Shown piece by piece: positions 1 through 12,246 of a DNA stretch of 64,000 bases. The DNA comes from Heterodontus francisci. Taxonomy: Eukaryota. The stretch spans positions 19,912,529 to 19,976,528 of the forward strand of contig NC_090399.1 of assembly GCF_036365525.1 (NCBI RefSeq), read 5' to 3'. The position numbers and the translations under genes were made by a program. Positions within the stretch are counted from its first letter, which is position 1. Each line of letters opens with the position of its first letter. A model generated the notes under the pieces. That model was not told the DNA's origin. It saw only the letters and a program-made list of their open reading frames with translations, and made no database searches.

Positions 1-360
1 TGCTTGTTTCCCCTGGAGGAAAGGAAATTGAGGGAAGATTTGATAGAGGTGCACGAGATTATGACAGGCTTAGACAGGAGAGACAAGGAGAAACTGTTCA
101 CATTAACTGATGGTCTATGTACTAGTGGACACAGATTGAAATTTTCAGGCAAGAAATGCGTGGGGACTATGAGAAACAACTCTTTACACAGTGAGTGGTA
201 ATGTCCTGGCACTCTCTGCCCAAGACAGAGGTGGAAGCAGAGACAGTCAATGATTTCAAAAAGCAAGTGTAAAGGAACTTGATGGAAATAAACTTGCAGG
301 GATCCGGGGATTGAACATGGGAATGAGACTGACTGGATTGCTCCTTGATGAGCTGAATGA
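1..360 (+). mobile_element. CR1 LINE 3' fragment (degenerate)
   Basis: Translates to the CR1 ORF2 C-terminus (LFPLEERKLREDLIEVHEIMTGLDRRDKEKLF), followed by 3'UTR-like sequence. Confidence 0.85.
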
Positions 361-855
361 CTCCATCACAATCATCTTGCGTTTCTAGAAAATTCCAGAA
401 CGAAGGAACACAGGACAGGGCACCAATATATGCAGAAAGTGGAGCAAGAAACGGGGAATTGAATTCCAATTAATAGGGTTCCATAACTGACATTTATGTT
501 CGTTTACTCTGGAACTGGTGAAAACATTAATATTTAAGAGGAATAAATAGGATCAATGAGATATAATTTGACATGGTACATTTATCATGGAAATTTCCCC
601 TTCAGCAGATTGAAACGGCAGTTCGATAACTTCAGGAATGTGCCAGCAAAATCTGTGAGATGTTTCGAATTACTCAGACTGACAGTTACCACAGTGCACA
701 GCCACGATGGTAATTGTGACAATCTCTTTCCCAAGCAAAATTCATCACATTGCATGTAGTCAGGACACTGTAACCTGGCAACGGATTGGGAGATGGAGAA
801 ATCAATGAGCCTGAAAGGTCTCATATGTACGGCACACTGCATTCCACCACTGAGA

Positions 856-977
856 GATCGGTGAGATCACTTCAATCAGAAAGTAATGCTGTAATATGTT
901 TGTTAAAATGCCTGTAACTAATATCAGTTGTTATGTAACTCCCACTGTCCCACTGGAGGATTGCCTCAGGTATTAAT
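856..977 (+). promoter_or_regulatory. Putative proximal promoter of GPCR gene A
   Basis: Blocks GATCGGTGAGATCAC (856-870), TGTTTGTT (897-904) and CACTGGAGGATTGCCTCAGGTATTAAT (951-977) occur in the same order upstream of exon 1 in genes D and E. The last block ends in a TATA-like element. Confidence 0.55.
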
Positions 978-1063
978 AAGGATCTGGATCCCGCTCACAG
1001 TCTCACTGTGTGCCAGTCAGATATTGAGCTTGCTGTTCATACTGGCATCACTTCACTCCGAAA

Positions 1064-1133
1064 ATGGGACGGGCTCCAATTCTGTATGTTAAAGAAATTG
1101 GCTTTCCTATGCTGACAGTGTTTGGCGTCCCTG
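1064..1133 (+). CDS. GPR139/GPR142-like GPCR gene A, coding exon 1 (MGRAPILYVKEIGFPMLTVFGVP-, N-terminus and first half of TM1)
   Basis: ATG at 1064, 23 codons + 1 nt, then donor G|GTAAG. Homologous to exon 1 of genes D and E. A phase-1 join to 6753 restores the TM1 motif GVPANL. Confidence 0.85.
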
Positions 1134-1789
1134 GTAAGGCATAATGATTACTTTTCATTTTGTGTGTTATTGTTCTTGTGTTGAAAATGAAGCGGATTTA
1201 TCTGGGGGTACTCTGTTGCCATGCTACCTGTGCTCTGCTTTCACTTTCCTGAACCGCTTCTTCTATTTTATGTGTTATTTGCATTGACGTTACATTGTTT
1301 CTATTTCACTTTCTCAAACCTTCTCAGTGGAAGCATGCACCCTCTAAGTCAGTAAGTTATATTTCGCACTCTCGATAGCCCAGGCAAGTAGAGACTGGAA
1401 TGTGGCCTTCATCGCTGTATTGGTGTCCAGCCGATTAACCGTGTCTGCCTCTGAGTCAGAGTGTTTGGTTTCGGGTCCCACTCCAGATTTCTTGACTAAA
1501 TAGTGGTCAGAGCGTCGGGTCTGAATGCTGGATTGGTGTCCAGCGTGGGTGTTTGACCTGGATGCGTGTGGGTGAGTCCACCCACCATTATAACGGCCAT
1601 TTCTTTGTATTCTTGGCTTTAGTACAGCAGAAGGTATTCTGAGAATAAACAGCGCCAGCAGGAACGCACCAGCAACGCATGTGATATACTATTCCCAACA
1701 AGTGGCTCAAAAACCTTGGGTCAGTAGTCGCAGCACATTTACCGCTAAGTCAGGTTCAAGTAAAACTCGGTTCAAATCGCGATTGCAAA

Positions 1790-2020
1790 GGCATGTTCCG
1801 GAATGATTCTTCAGCGCAGCGCTGAGCGAGCGCTGCACTGTCGGATGTGCCATTCTCCAGGCGCGGTTTGCCTTTTGGGCGGACGTAGAAGATCCTATGG
1901 CACTTTTCAAAGAGCAGGGAAGTTCTCCAGCAATCATTATCCCTCAACCAACATCTAAAAAGCAGTCATTATCTAACTGTTGTTTGTTCAAGTTTGTTGA
2001 ACCAAATTGACCTCTGAATT
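1790..2020 (+). mobile_element. DeuSINE (SacSINE1/AmnSINE1-like) fragment
   Basis: GCTGCACTGTCGGATGTGCC...GGACGTAGAAGATCCTATGGCACT...TATCCCTCAACC resembles the Deu-domain core and the copy at 57380-57760. Confidence 0.6.
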
Positions 2021-2309
2021 GTGTATGTTTCGTTGTTCATTTCTTCCTTCTTTTCATTTTATATTTTTTCTTTCTTTTTGTCTGTCTTTCTTGCTTTTGT
2101 AATGCATTATCAGGAATTCAATGCTCCGACTTAACCACACGCTGCACAGCAGCCTGTCACTGTGGTTGTGCCAATACATTTTAGGCAATGATTAATAACT
2201 TACAGGTTGCATGGCTGCATACCAGATCATTCTTCTCTTTTCTTTCAGTGATTTGTCTCCATTAAAGTAATTGATACCAAAACAATCAGCTACCTAGACA
2301 GCGCATTTG

Positions 2310-3545
2310 CTTATGAGACTGCCAACTAAAGATGAATCTCATGGAATTAAAGGAAAATTATCGAACCGATGAGGAAAATAGCTGAGCAAAAGGAGACAGA
2401 GAGTAGAGATACTGGGCAGGTACTCTAATTGGCAGGATGTAACTAGTGTCCCACAATAATCTGTGTTTGGGCTTCAGCTATTCACTGTATTCATTAGCGA
2501 CTTATGTAAATGTTACATATCCAAATTTGCTAATTACCCAAAGATAGACCGCATTGCAATGGAGATGGAATTGTATTCTATCTGCCACCATCTAGTTGGA
2601 AATATATAGAGGACCATATTTACAGGGAAGTTACAGGGAGATGCAAAAACTATACATTAGTAATAATGGTGTTGGGGCCATAATTATCCTAATATAAATT
2701 GGGATGGTAATAGTGTATAGGGCGAAGCGTTTCTAAAGAGTGTTCAGGAGACCTTTCTTGATCAATATGTTTCTGGTCCAAAAGGAATGAGTATTCACTG
2801 GATTTGTTTCTGGAGAATGAGATGGGTCAAGTTGATCGAGTGTCAGTCGGGAAATAATCAGGGAATAGCGATCATTGTATCATAGGGTTTAGGTTGGCTA
2901 TGGATTCTAGAGTAGCAGTACTTAATAGGAGGAGGGCCAATTTCAGTGGGGTAGGAACTGATCTGGCCCAGGTAAATTGGAATGAAAGATTGGCAGGCAA
3001 TACTGCAATGGAACAATGGGCTGTCTTTAAAGATGAGCTAGTTCGGGTATTGTCAAGGTATATTCCCATGAGGAGGAAAGGTAGACTGACCAAAACCAGA
3101 GCTCCCTGGATAACTAAAGAGATCACGAGTAAGATAGAGCAGAGAAAAGTGGGTACATGACAGATGTCAAATCGATAATACGTGAGAACTAGGCTGAATA
3201 TATTAAAAAATCAGAGTGGAAGTGAGAAAGAAAATAAGAAAGGGAAAGAAAGAGGACGAGGACAGATTGTTAGCTAGTATAAAAGAGAATCCAAAAGATT
3301 TCTATAGTCATATAAAGAATAAAGATTAGTAAAAGGATGAATGGGGCTGATGAGGGACCAAACAGAGGATCTACACGTAGAGGCAGAGGCCAGACTGAGG
3401 GACTAAATGAATACTTTGCATGTGTCTTTACTGAGGAAGAAGATGCTGCCGAAGTCATAGTGAAAAGAGAAGCTAGTTGAGTCACTCGATTGGGCTTAAC
3501 ATTGATACAGAGGACTCGAGAATTGGAAATGTTACATTGTTGTTT
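2310..3545 (+). mobile_element. Degenerate CR1 ORF2 fragments
   Basis: CR1-type motifs in fragmented frames (SDHCIIGF, ANFSGVGTDLAQVNW, RAPWITKEI, LNEYFACVFT). Confidence 0.8.
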
Positions 3546-3559
3546 AAAAAAGAAGAGTT

Positions 3560-4270
3560 GTTCTGAAGGTTTCTATTATGAATGTTTTTTGAGGACTTGT
3601 GTTTAAAAGACTGTGAGGAGATGCGGACTTTTTTTTAAGGGATCACTGGAAGGGCACTAGGGACTTTGTTTAAAAACAAACACTTATTGGAAGAGGCAAT
3701 AACGTTAAATAAACATAAGGAGCCTTGATGTCTATTGGAATTGTTTACAGAGAAGTCACATTTCTGTGTTTATGGCTCAGGAGTTTTGGTTTCATTTTTG
3801 GTTATTGTTTGAGTTCAGTTGGGATGTAAACCTGCTAAGAGATAGAAGCTACCAGCTTATCCTTTTCTACCTCTTTGAGAAACCCTGAGAATCTAACATG
3901 ATAACTAGAGAAACTGATGCAGCATTTCTCCTAAAAAGCCTGCCAGACTAACCCTCGACGTCGCATGAAGAGAACTGCTTCAATAAGATCCTTGCGACAG
4001 CCTTCTACATATACCTGGATGCCACACCAAAGGGCCATTTCGTATCCTTTTAATTGAAAAATTAACAAGTATTTTGAAAAGTTTTTTTAAAGATCTTTTT
4101 TGTAAAGTGATCTCTGCAGAGAAAACTTTTTTCTTTTCTTTCTTTTCTGTATGTGTGTGTGCGTGTGTGTTGGGTTATTTTGGAAGGATAAATATTTATA
4201 CTTTCATATTTCAAACATGTGTTAAAGCTTTGCATCTTTATTGTATGGTCTTGTTTTATAATACATTATA
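3560..4270 (+). mobile_element. LTR-like fragment (possible Gypsy/ERV LTR)
   Basis: Non-coding AT-rich insert between CR1 pieces. Its composition resembles the LTR-like segment at 51691-52380. Termini are not clean. Confidence 0.35.
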
Positions 4271-4424
4271 AGGGAGAGGCAATATAAAATAAAGGGTATA
4301 ATTCTGAATGGGTTTTTTTTGCACAAATTGTTGAAGGTGGCACCGCAGTTTGAGAGAGTGGTTTAAAAGGCATACGGGATCATCAGCTTTATTAATAGAG
4401 GCATTGAGGACAATAACAAGGAAG

Positions 4425-5747
4425 TGTAACTCATGAACTGTTACGAGGAATCGGACTCGAATAGAATCAATAATGACACTGGCAAAGGCATAGAATTACA
4501 AAATTCTGCAACTAACTTGGGTTCACTATTCTTCTAAGTAACAAGGATATGAATTGCACACTGATAGATGATGAGCAGGCGAAATGCACCATGCAGGGCC
4601 TATTAATGGAAAACAAAACAGACAAAAATGACAACTTTCAATTCAGTTGTGTCCTCATTTTATAAATACCCCACAGAAGATGAATCTTCCCTATCCCCAG
4701 GGCAACTAGCCTGTCTTACTTTAAACTATGAGATCAAAAGTTTGCACATCCAGTTGTCTAGATGCTATCCACAAAGCTAAGTCATCTACACAGTCCCCAG
4801 CCTTGCCCTTCAATCACTTTAACTCAACTGCAGAAAACTGGCCCTTCCCCTTCAGCTCTCCACTTTAACTCAACCAGGAGATTAAAGGATTACAAGTTCC
4901 CTGAACGAAACTCACAAGCTTTTCTCTTATCCAGGCCAGCTGGTCCCCTCTAGTCTCTGTTCACACCTAGAGCGCTGGTTGGACGTCCAGAGAAAAAGAT
5001 ATAACTTATTATGCATTGGCCAACAGTCCGTCTGTACAGCGAAGAACAAAGGAATGCACAACTTTCTTATAGCCCTCTGTGTACATGTGTTCATAACCTG
5101 TGGCGATCAGGGATTGGTTATTCCCTGCATGGTCAGCTCTGTCAGGGTGTTGTTACCTCTCCTGGTCAGAGTTCCTAGAAGATGCTAGTGACAAGGACAA
5201 AGTAGGTGGCCTCTGTTGCCAACCATGCTGTGAATGTCTGTTCCTCCCTCAATCAATCAGGTGTCTTCCATCACACTGTATCAAGGTTCCTCCCTCCTCT
5301 GACCATAGTGATGACCATGGAACCAGAAGAAGTTACAATATTGCCTTAATGAGGTTCATCCCACCAGTGTTTTGATAATTATAGGTATTTATACCATTGG
5401 AATATTTACGATAAGAACAGATCCCATACCTGATTTCTTATAATTACAGCCTTTTGGCCATTTTATTGCCCATATCCTGCCTTAGGAATGTAGCACACAG
5501 GACATTCCATGTTGATTTCTGTTAAATATTTGCTTGCACAAGTGAATTGTCCAGGTCTTCCATATAATTTTTTACTTCCTTAACCCTTGAGTTCCCACAA
5601 ATATCAAACTAGCAAATTCAACAGTGGCTAATTCGATTTAATATTTCATGCGTTATGTACATTCTCATAGCATAACAGGCATAACTGTAGTCAATCTATG
5701 CAGCCGTAAATTGATCAGTTACATTATAATTTCAGCCCATATTTACA
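4425..5747. mobile_element. Solo LTR (~1.32 kb) inserted in a CR1 fragment within the intron of gene A
   Basis: Begins TGTAA and ends TTACA, flanked by GAAG/GGAG (imperfect 4-bp TSD). CR1 sequence ...AACAAGGAAG | GGAGTTATGGTGAATCTCTAT... resumes on the other side. Confidence 0.7.
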
Positions 5748-6710
5748 GGAGTTATGGTGAATCTCTATAGAACACTGGTTCGGCCTCAACTGAAGTATTG
5801 TGTCCAGTTCTGGGCACTGCACTTCACCAAGGATGTGAAGAATTTAGACAGGGTGCATTAGATACTTGGAGTTGTTCCCATCCAAGAAGAGAACGTTGAG
5901 AGGACATTTGATTGGTTGAACTGTTCAAAATCATTAAGGGTCCAAACAGAGTAGATAGAGAAAAACTGCTCCCATTGACAGAGGGGTCGAGATTGATTTA
6001 AGGTGAATGGGAAAGGAACCAATGGCGACATGAGGGGAAAATTGATCATGCAGCAATTGGTTAGCGTCTGGAATGCAATGCCTAGGAGTGCGGTGGAATC
6101 AATTTGAATCATGGCTTTCAAATGAGATTGGTTGAGTACCCAAAGAGAAAAAATGCAGGGCTGTGGGAAAAGGGCGGGGGCGGGGGCGGGGGACTAGCTG
6201 ATTTGCTCTGACAGAGAGCACATACTGAATAGTTTCCTTCTGTGCTGTAGCCATTCCATATTTCGATGATTCCCATTAGGAGGAGAGATTGCACAAACTC
6301 AGGTTGTATTCCTTGGAATTTGTAAGGTTAAGGGGCGATTTGATCAAAATTCTCAAGATATTACTGGGAACACATCGGGTAGATTGGGAGAAACTATTTC
6401 CATGAGCTGAAGAGTCTAGGACCAGGGAACATAGTCTAAACATTACAGCCAGACATTTCAGGAGTTGCATTGGGAAGCACTTCGTCACACAAAGGGTGGT
6501 AGAAGGTTTGACCTTTTGTCCTCAAACATCAATTGATGTTGATCAATTGCTAATTTCCAAATTGCGATTAATGGAGTTTTGTAAGCCAAATTTATCAAGG
6601 GATATTGGGCAAATGCAGGTATAAAGAGTTATGTCTTAGATCATCCCAGATCTCATTGGCGGAACAGGCTCAAGGGGCTAAATGGCCTACTCATGGTCCT
6701 ATGTTCCTAT
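5748..6710 (+). mobile_element. Two degenerate CR1 3' fragments
   Basis: Motifs for [13 protein letters not shown] and GDLIKILKIL, plus CR1 3'UTR tails (CCTATGTTCCTATG). Confidence 0.8.
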
Positions 6711-6752
6711 GTTTTCGCCCTTTAATTGATCTGTTGTTTTGTGTCCTTTCAG

Positions 6753-7684
6753 CGAATCTGATGACGTCTGTGATCCTGTCCCGGGGAAAGTGCGGTCTCT
6801 CCAGGGGAATCACTCGTTACATGGTGGCGATGGCAATCTCAGACCTCATGGTGCTTATCGTTCATGTACTGCTGCAAGAAATCTTTGCTTATCATTTCCC
6901 CTATTCATTCCTGTCCCAAACTTTAATCTGCCCTTCACACACCTACCTGAAAATCATTTCTCTGGATTACTCCGTCTGGTTAACAGTGTCGTTCACCTTT
7001 GACCGTTTCATCAGCATTTGCTGTCAGAAATTGAGGCTCAGATATTGCACGGAGAGAACTGCAGCTGTGGTTATTGTGTCCATGTTTGTGCTGAGTTGTT
7101 TAAAATTCATCCCCTTCTACTTCATGTATGAGTCCAAGTTTATGATGGACAACGTATGGTGGGGTTGCAAGACAAAAAAGATCTTTTTTACTTCTGCAGG
7201 GTGGGTGACTTTCTCCTGGATTTGCAGTCTCTCCCTCTCATTCCTCCCGTTCTTTCTCATCTTGCTGCTCAATGGTCTCACGGTCAGGCACATCCTAGCG
7301 GCCAGTCGGGTCCGCAGGGTCCTGAAGGGACTGGGTAGCGGACAGAACCAGAGCGACAGCGAGATGGAAAATCGGCAGAAATCCATCATCTTACTCTTCG
7401 CTGTGTCCGGCAGTTATATACTGTTGCGGATGACGGGAACGGTGACTTTTATTTGCACTCGAATCACAGTCAATGGTTTGGACCAGAATTACACAAGTCC
7501 TGTGTACATCGCCAATGAAGTTGGTTTCTTTCTCATGCACCTGAGCTCCTGTACAAACACGTATATTTATGGTTTGACCCAGGGCAAGTTCAGAGAGGAG
7601 GTGAAGAAATCAGTTAAATATATGTTAACTCCAGTTATTAAAATAATGAAATTCAAGCGACAGCAGCCTCGGGCTCACATCTGA
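6753..7684 (+). CDS. GPR139/GPR142-like GPCR gene A, coding exon 2 (spliced product ~333 aa)
   Basis: Acceptor GTCCTTTCAG|CG. Intact frame with class A features: AMAISD (TM2), C...FTFDRF (TM3), WGC (ECL2), LPFFLILLLN (TM5), SSCTNTYIY (TM7), KFREE (helix 8). The 5' part of the ORF-track call (6605-6752) is intronic. Confidence 0.92.
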
Positions 7685-8479
7685 ATATAAGGAAACTATT
7701 CTCTCTATTCCTTCCCATCGCTTTAGTGTCCGCTTCTTTCAATGCTAACCAGATTATATTCCTTAAATAGGATCCTGCCTTTGCGTTGCACTCAAACACA
7801 ATCTTTAATCTATGCAATGAGTAGTATTTGTGTTGAATACACGCTGATGTAAAGGAATGATGAAACTGGAAGGTGTCGCAGGTTACTGTTTATTTAATAT
7901 AATAATTTGCTTTTATTTTACTGTTTATTTAATGCTTGCTTGCTTGCATCATAAGGGACATACTTTGTACAACCAATCCACGCAAACAGTGTTCAATAAC
8001 GGTAGAATGGTAACATATTCAGGCAATTTTAACCTGGTCCATCCATTAGGAAACTATTGGGATTAATTGCCAGTTTAAACCCAGTCCTATTTTGAGCTCC
8101 AGTACAATTAATATTGGACGGGTTGCAAAGCTGGTGTAACATCACATCACTGAAGATTGCAGTTGTTGGCATAAATACAAATTACACTATAAACTATTCG
8201 GTCTGAAATTGCTTAGCATAAGGATAACATATGGTGGCATTTCAATAGTGAGGCCATCATGACGCTTTGCAGCCTGTTATAGGTTCCTCGCTTTTGCCTC
8301 TTCCTACAGACAACTGTGTTGTACTAACTTGGTGAAAATTATAGGGGAACCCGTCACCCACCTGTTTGCATGGCTCCGTAAAAGTGCTTCTTGTCGCCTG
8401 GGTTAAACTGGGCAATATCAATTGAGTGAGAGTTAATGATATAGTTCACACCTTGAACACGTGGCGCTGTGCGCAACAG

Positions 8480-9990
8480 GATCCAACAGGGAAGAGATTG
8501 CCGCGCCTTTGACGATGATCTTTGCGTCCTCACTGTCCACTGGAGTAGTACCAGATGATTGGAGGGTGGCAAATGTTATTCCCTTGTTCAAGAAAGGGAA
8601 TAGGGATGACCCTGGGAATTATAGTCTTACGTCGGTAGTGGGCAAATTATTGGAGAGGATTCTGAGAGACAAGATTTATGATTATTTGGAAAAGCGTAGT
8701 TTGATTAGAGACAGTCAGCATGGCTTTGTGAGGGGCGGGTCATGCCTCACAAGCCTTATTGAATTCTTTGAAGATGTGACAAAACACGTTGATGAAGGAA
8801 GAGCAGTGGATGTGGTGTATATGGATTTTAGCAAGGCGTTTGATAAGGTTCCCCATGGTAGGCTCATTCAGAAAGTAAGGAGGCATGGGATACAGGGAAA
8901 GTTGGCTGTCTGGATACAGAATTGGCTGGCCCATAGAAGGCAGAGGGTGGTAGTAGATGGAAAGCATTCAGCCTGGAGTTTGGTGACCAGTGGTATTCCG
9001 CAGGGATCTGTTCTGGGACCTCTGCTCTTTGTGATTTTTATAAATGACTTGGATGAGGAAGTGGAAGGCTGGGTTAGCAAGTTTGCCAATGACACGAAGG
9101 TTGCTGGAGTTGTGGATAGTGTGGAAGGCTGTTGTAGGTTGCAACGGGACATTGACAGGATACAGAGCTGGGCTGAGAAGTGGCAGATGGAGTTCAACCT
9201 GGAAAAGTGTGAAGTGATTCATTTTGGAAGTTCGAATTTGAATGCAGAATACAGGCTTAAAGACAGGATTCTTGGTAGTGTGGAGGAACAGAGGGATCTT
9301 GGGGTCCATGTCCATAGATCACTCAAAGTTGCCACCCAAGTTGATAGGGTTGTTAAGAAGGCATATGGTGTGTTGGCTTTCATTAACAGGGGGATTGAGT
9401 TTAAGAGTCGCGAGGTTATGCTGCAGCTCTATAAGGCCCTGGTTCGACCACACTTGGAACATTGTGTTCAGTTCTGGTCGCCTCGTTATAAGAAGGATGT
9501 GGAAGCTTTAGAGAGGGTGCAGAGGAGATTTACCAGGATGCTGCCTGGACTGGAGGGCATGTCCTACAAAGAAAGATTGAGGGAGCTGGGGCTTTTCTCA
9601 TTGGAGCGAAGAAGGATGAGAGGTGACTTGATAGAGGCGTACAAGATGATGAGAGGCATAGATAGAGTGGATAGCCAGAGACTTTTTCCCAGGGTGGAAA
9701 GGGCTATCACCAGGGGGCATAATTTTAAGGTGATTGGAGGAAGGTTTCGGGGAGATGTCAGAGGTAGGTTCTTTACACAGAGAGTGGTGGGTGCGTGGAA
9801 TGCGCTGCCAGTGGTGGTAGTAGAAGCAGATACATTAGGGGCATTTAAGCGACTCTTGGATAGGTACATGGATGATAGTAGAATGAAGGGTAGGTAGTTA
9901 GTTTGATCTTAGAGTAGGTTAAAGGTTCGGCACAACATCGTGGGCCGAAGGGCCTGTGCTGTGCTGTACTGTTCTATGTTCTATGTTCTA
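8480..9990 (+). mobile_element. CR1 (HER1-like) LINE, 5'-truncated, RT domain
   Basis: 478-aa ORF with QHGF, DFSKAFD, PQGSVLGP and FAND (catalytic FADD mutated). (TTCTATG)n tail at ~9972-9990. Confidence 0.95.
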
Positions 9991-10074
9991 ATTGGATGGG
10001 CTGGTAAGATGGGCAGAGCAGTTGCAAATGGAATTCAACCCTCAGAAGTGTGAGGTGATGCATTTCGGGAGGAC

Positions 10075-12246
10075 ATTGCACTTTGAACTACAAGAAAGCC
10101 CCCAGCGATTTAACATCCGCAGCACTTAAAGCAGCCAGAAGTACTGCACAAAGAACAGCTAGGCGTTGCGCAAACGACTACTGGCAACACCTATGCAGTC
10201 ATATTCAGCTGGCCTCAGACACCGGAAACATCAGAGGAATGTATGATGGCATGAAGAGAGCTCTTGGGCCAACCATCAAGAAGATCACCCCCCTCAAATC
10301 TAAATCGGGGGACATAATCACTGACCAACGCAAACAGATGGACCGCTGGGTTGAGCACTACCTAGAACTGTACTCCAGGGAGAATGCTGTCACTGAGACT
10401 GCCCTCAATGCAGCCCAGCCTCTACCAGTCATGGATGAGCTGGACATACAGCCAACCAAATCGGAACTCAGTGATGCCATTGATTCCCTAGCCAGCGGTA
10501 AAGCCCCTGGGAAGGACAGCATTACCCCTGAAATAATCAAGAGTGCCAAGCCTGCTATACTCTCAGCACTACATGAACTGCTATGCCTGTGCTGGGACGA
10601 GGGAGCAGTACCCCAGGACATGCGCGATGCCAATATCATCACCCTCTATAAAAACAAAGGTGACCGCGGTGACTGCAACAACTACCGTGGAATCTCCCTG
10701 CTCAGCATAGTGGGGAAAGTCTTTGCTCGAGTCGCTCTGAACAGGCTCCAGAAGCTGGCCGAGCGCGTCTACCCTGAGGCACAGTGTGGCTTTCGTGCAG
10801 AGAGATCGACTATTGACATGCTGTTCTCCCTTCGTCAGATACAGGAGAAATGCCGTGAACAACAGATGCCCCTCTACATTGCTTTCATTGATCTCACCAA
10901 AGCCTTTGACCTCGTCAGCAGACGTGGTCTCTTCAGACTACTAGAAAAGATCGGATGTCCACCAAAGCTACTAAGTATCATCACCTCATTCCATGACAAT
11001 ATGAAAGGCACAATTCAACATGGTGGCTCCTCATCAGAGCCCTTTCCTATCCTGAGTGGTGTGAAACAGGGCTGTGTTCTCGCACCCACACTTTTTGGGA
11101 TTTTCTTCTCCCTGCTGCTTTCACATGCGTTCAAATCCTCTGAAGAAGGAATTTTCCTCCACACAAGATCAGGGGGCAGGTTGTTCAACCTTGCCCGTCT
11201 AAGAGCGAAGTCCAAAGTACGGAAAGTCCTCATCAGAGAACTCCTCTTTGCTGACGATGCTGCTTTAACATCTCACACTGAAGAATGCCTGCAGAGTCTC
11301 ATCGACAGGTTTGCGTCTGCCTGCAATGAATTTGGCCTAACCATCAGCCTCAAGAAAACGAACATCATGGGGCAGGATGTCAGAAATGCTCCATCCATCA
11401 ATATTGGCGACCACGCTCTGGAAGTGGTTCAAGAGTTCACCTACCTAGGCTCAACTATCACCAGTAACCTGTCTCTAGATGCAGAAATCAACAAGCGCAT
11501 GGGTAAGGCTTCCACTGCTATGTCCAGACTGGCCAAGAGAGTGTGGGAAAATGGCGCACTGACACGGAACACAAAAGTCCGAGTGTATCAGGCCTGTGTC
11601 CTCAGTACCTTGCTCTATGGCAGTGAGGCCTGGACAACGTATGCCAGCCAAGAGCGACGTCTCAATTCATTCCATCTTCGCTGCCTTCGGAGAATACTTG
11701 GCATCAGGTGGCAGGACTATATCTCCAACACAGAAGTCCTTGAAGCGGCCAACACCCCCAGCTTATACACACTACTGAGTCAGCGGCGCTTGAGATGGCT
11801 TGGCCATGTGAGCCGCATGGAAGATGGCAGGATCCCCAAAGACACATTGTACAGCGAGCTCGCCACTGGTATCAGACCCACCGGCCGTCCATGTCTCCGT
11901 TATAAAGACGTCTGCAAACGCGACATGAAATCGTGTGACATTGATCACAAGTCGTGGGAGTCAGTTGCCAGCATTCGCCAGAGCTGGCGGGCAGCCATAA
12001 AGACAGGGCTAAATTGTGGCGAGTCGAAGAGACTTAGTAGTTGGCAGGAAAAAAGACAGAGGCGCAAGGGGAGAGCCAACTGTGCAACAGCCCCAACAAA
12101 CAAATTTCTCTGCAGCACCTGTGGAAGAGCCTGTCACTCCAGAATTGGCCTTTATAGCCACTCCAGGCGCTGCTTCACAAACCACTGACCACCTCCAGGC
12201 GCGTATCCATTGTCTCTCGAGATAAGGAGGCCCAAAAGAAAGAAAG
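10075..12246 (+). mobile_element. RTE-clade (BovB/Expander-like) LINE, 5'-truncated, uninterrupted 701-aa RT ORF (10083-12188)
   Basis: NYRGISLLS, QCGFR, IDLTKAFD, GVKQGCVLAPTLF, LLFADD, C-terminal CxxC...HxxxC zinc finger, short 3'UTR with (AAAG)n tail. Confidence 0.95.

Noticed and set aside
6605-6752. ORF-track N-terminal extensions of the GPCRs (also 20528-20591, 46452-46695, 59907-59970)
   Set aside because: Intronic read-through upstream of clear splice acceptors, partly CR1-derived. The true N-termini come from a separate exon 1.
6753-7684. Assigning the symbol GPR139
   Set aside because: These are multi-copy, divergent family members. One-to-one orthology cannot be shown from the sequence alone.
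8461-9897. Active reverse transcriptase gene
   Set aside because: 5'-truncated CR1 with catalytic FADD changed to FAND and a small in-frame deletion.
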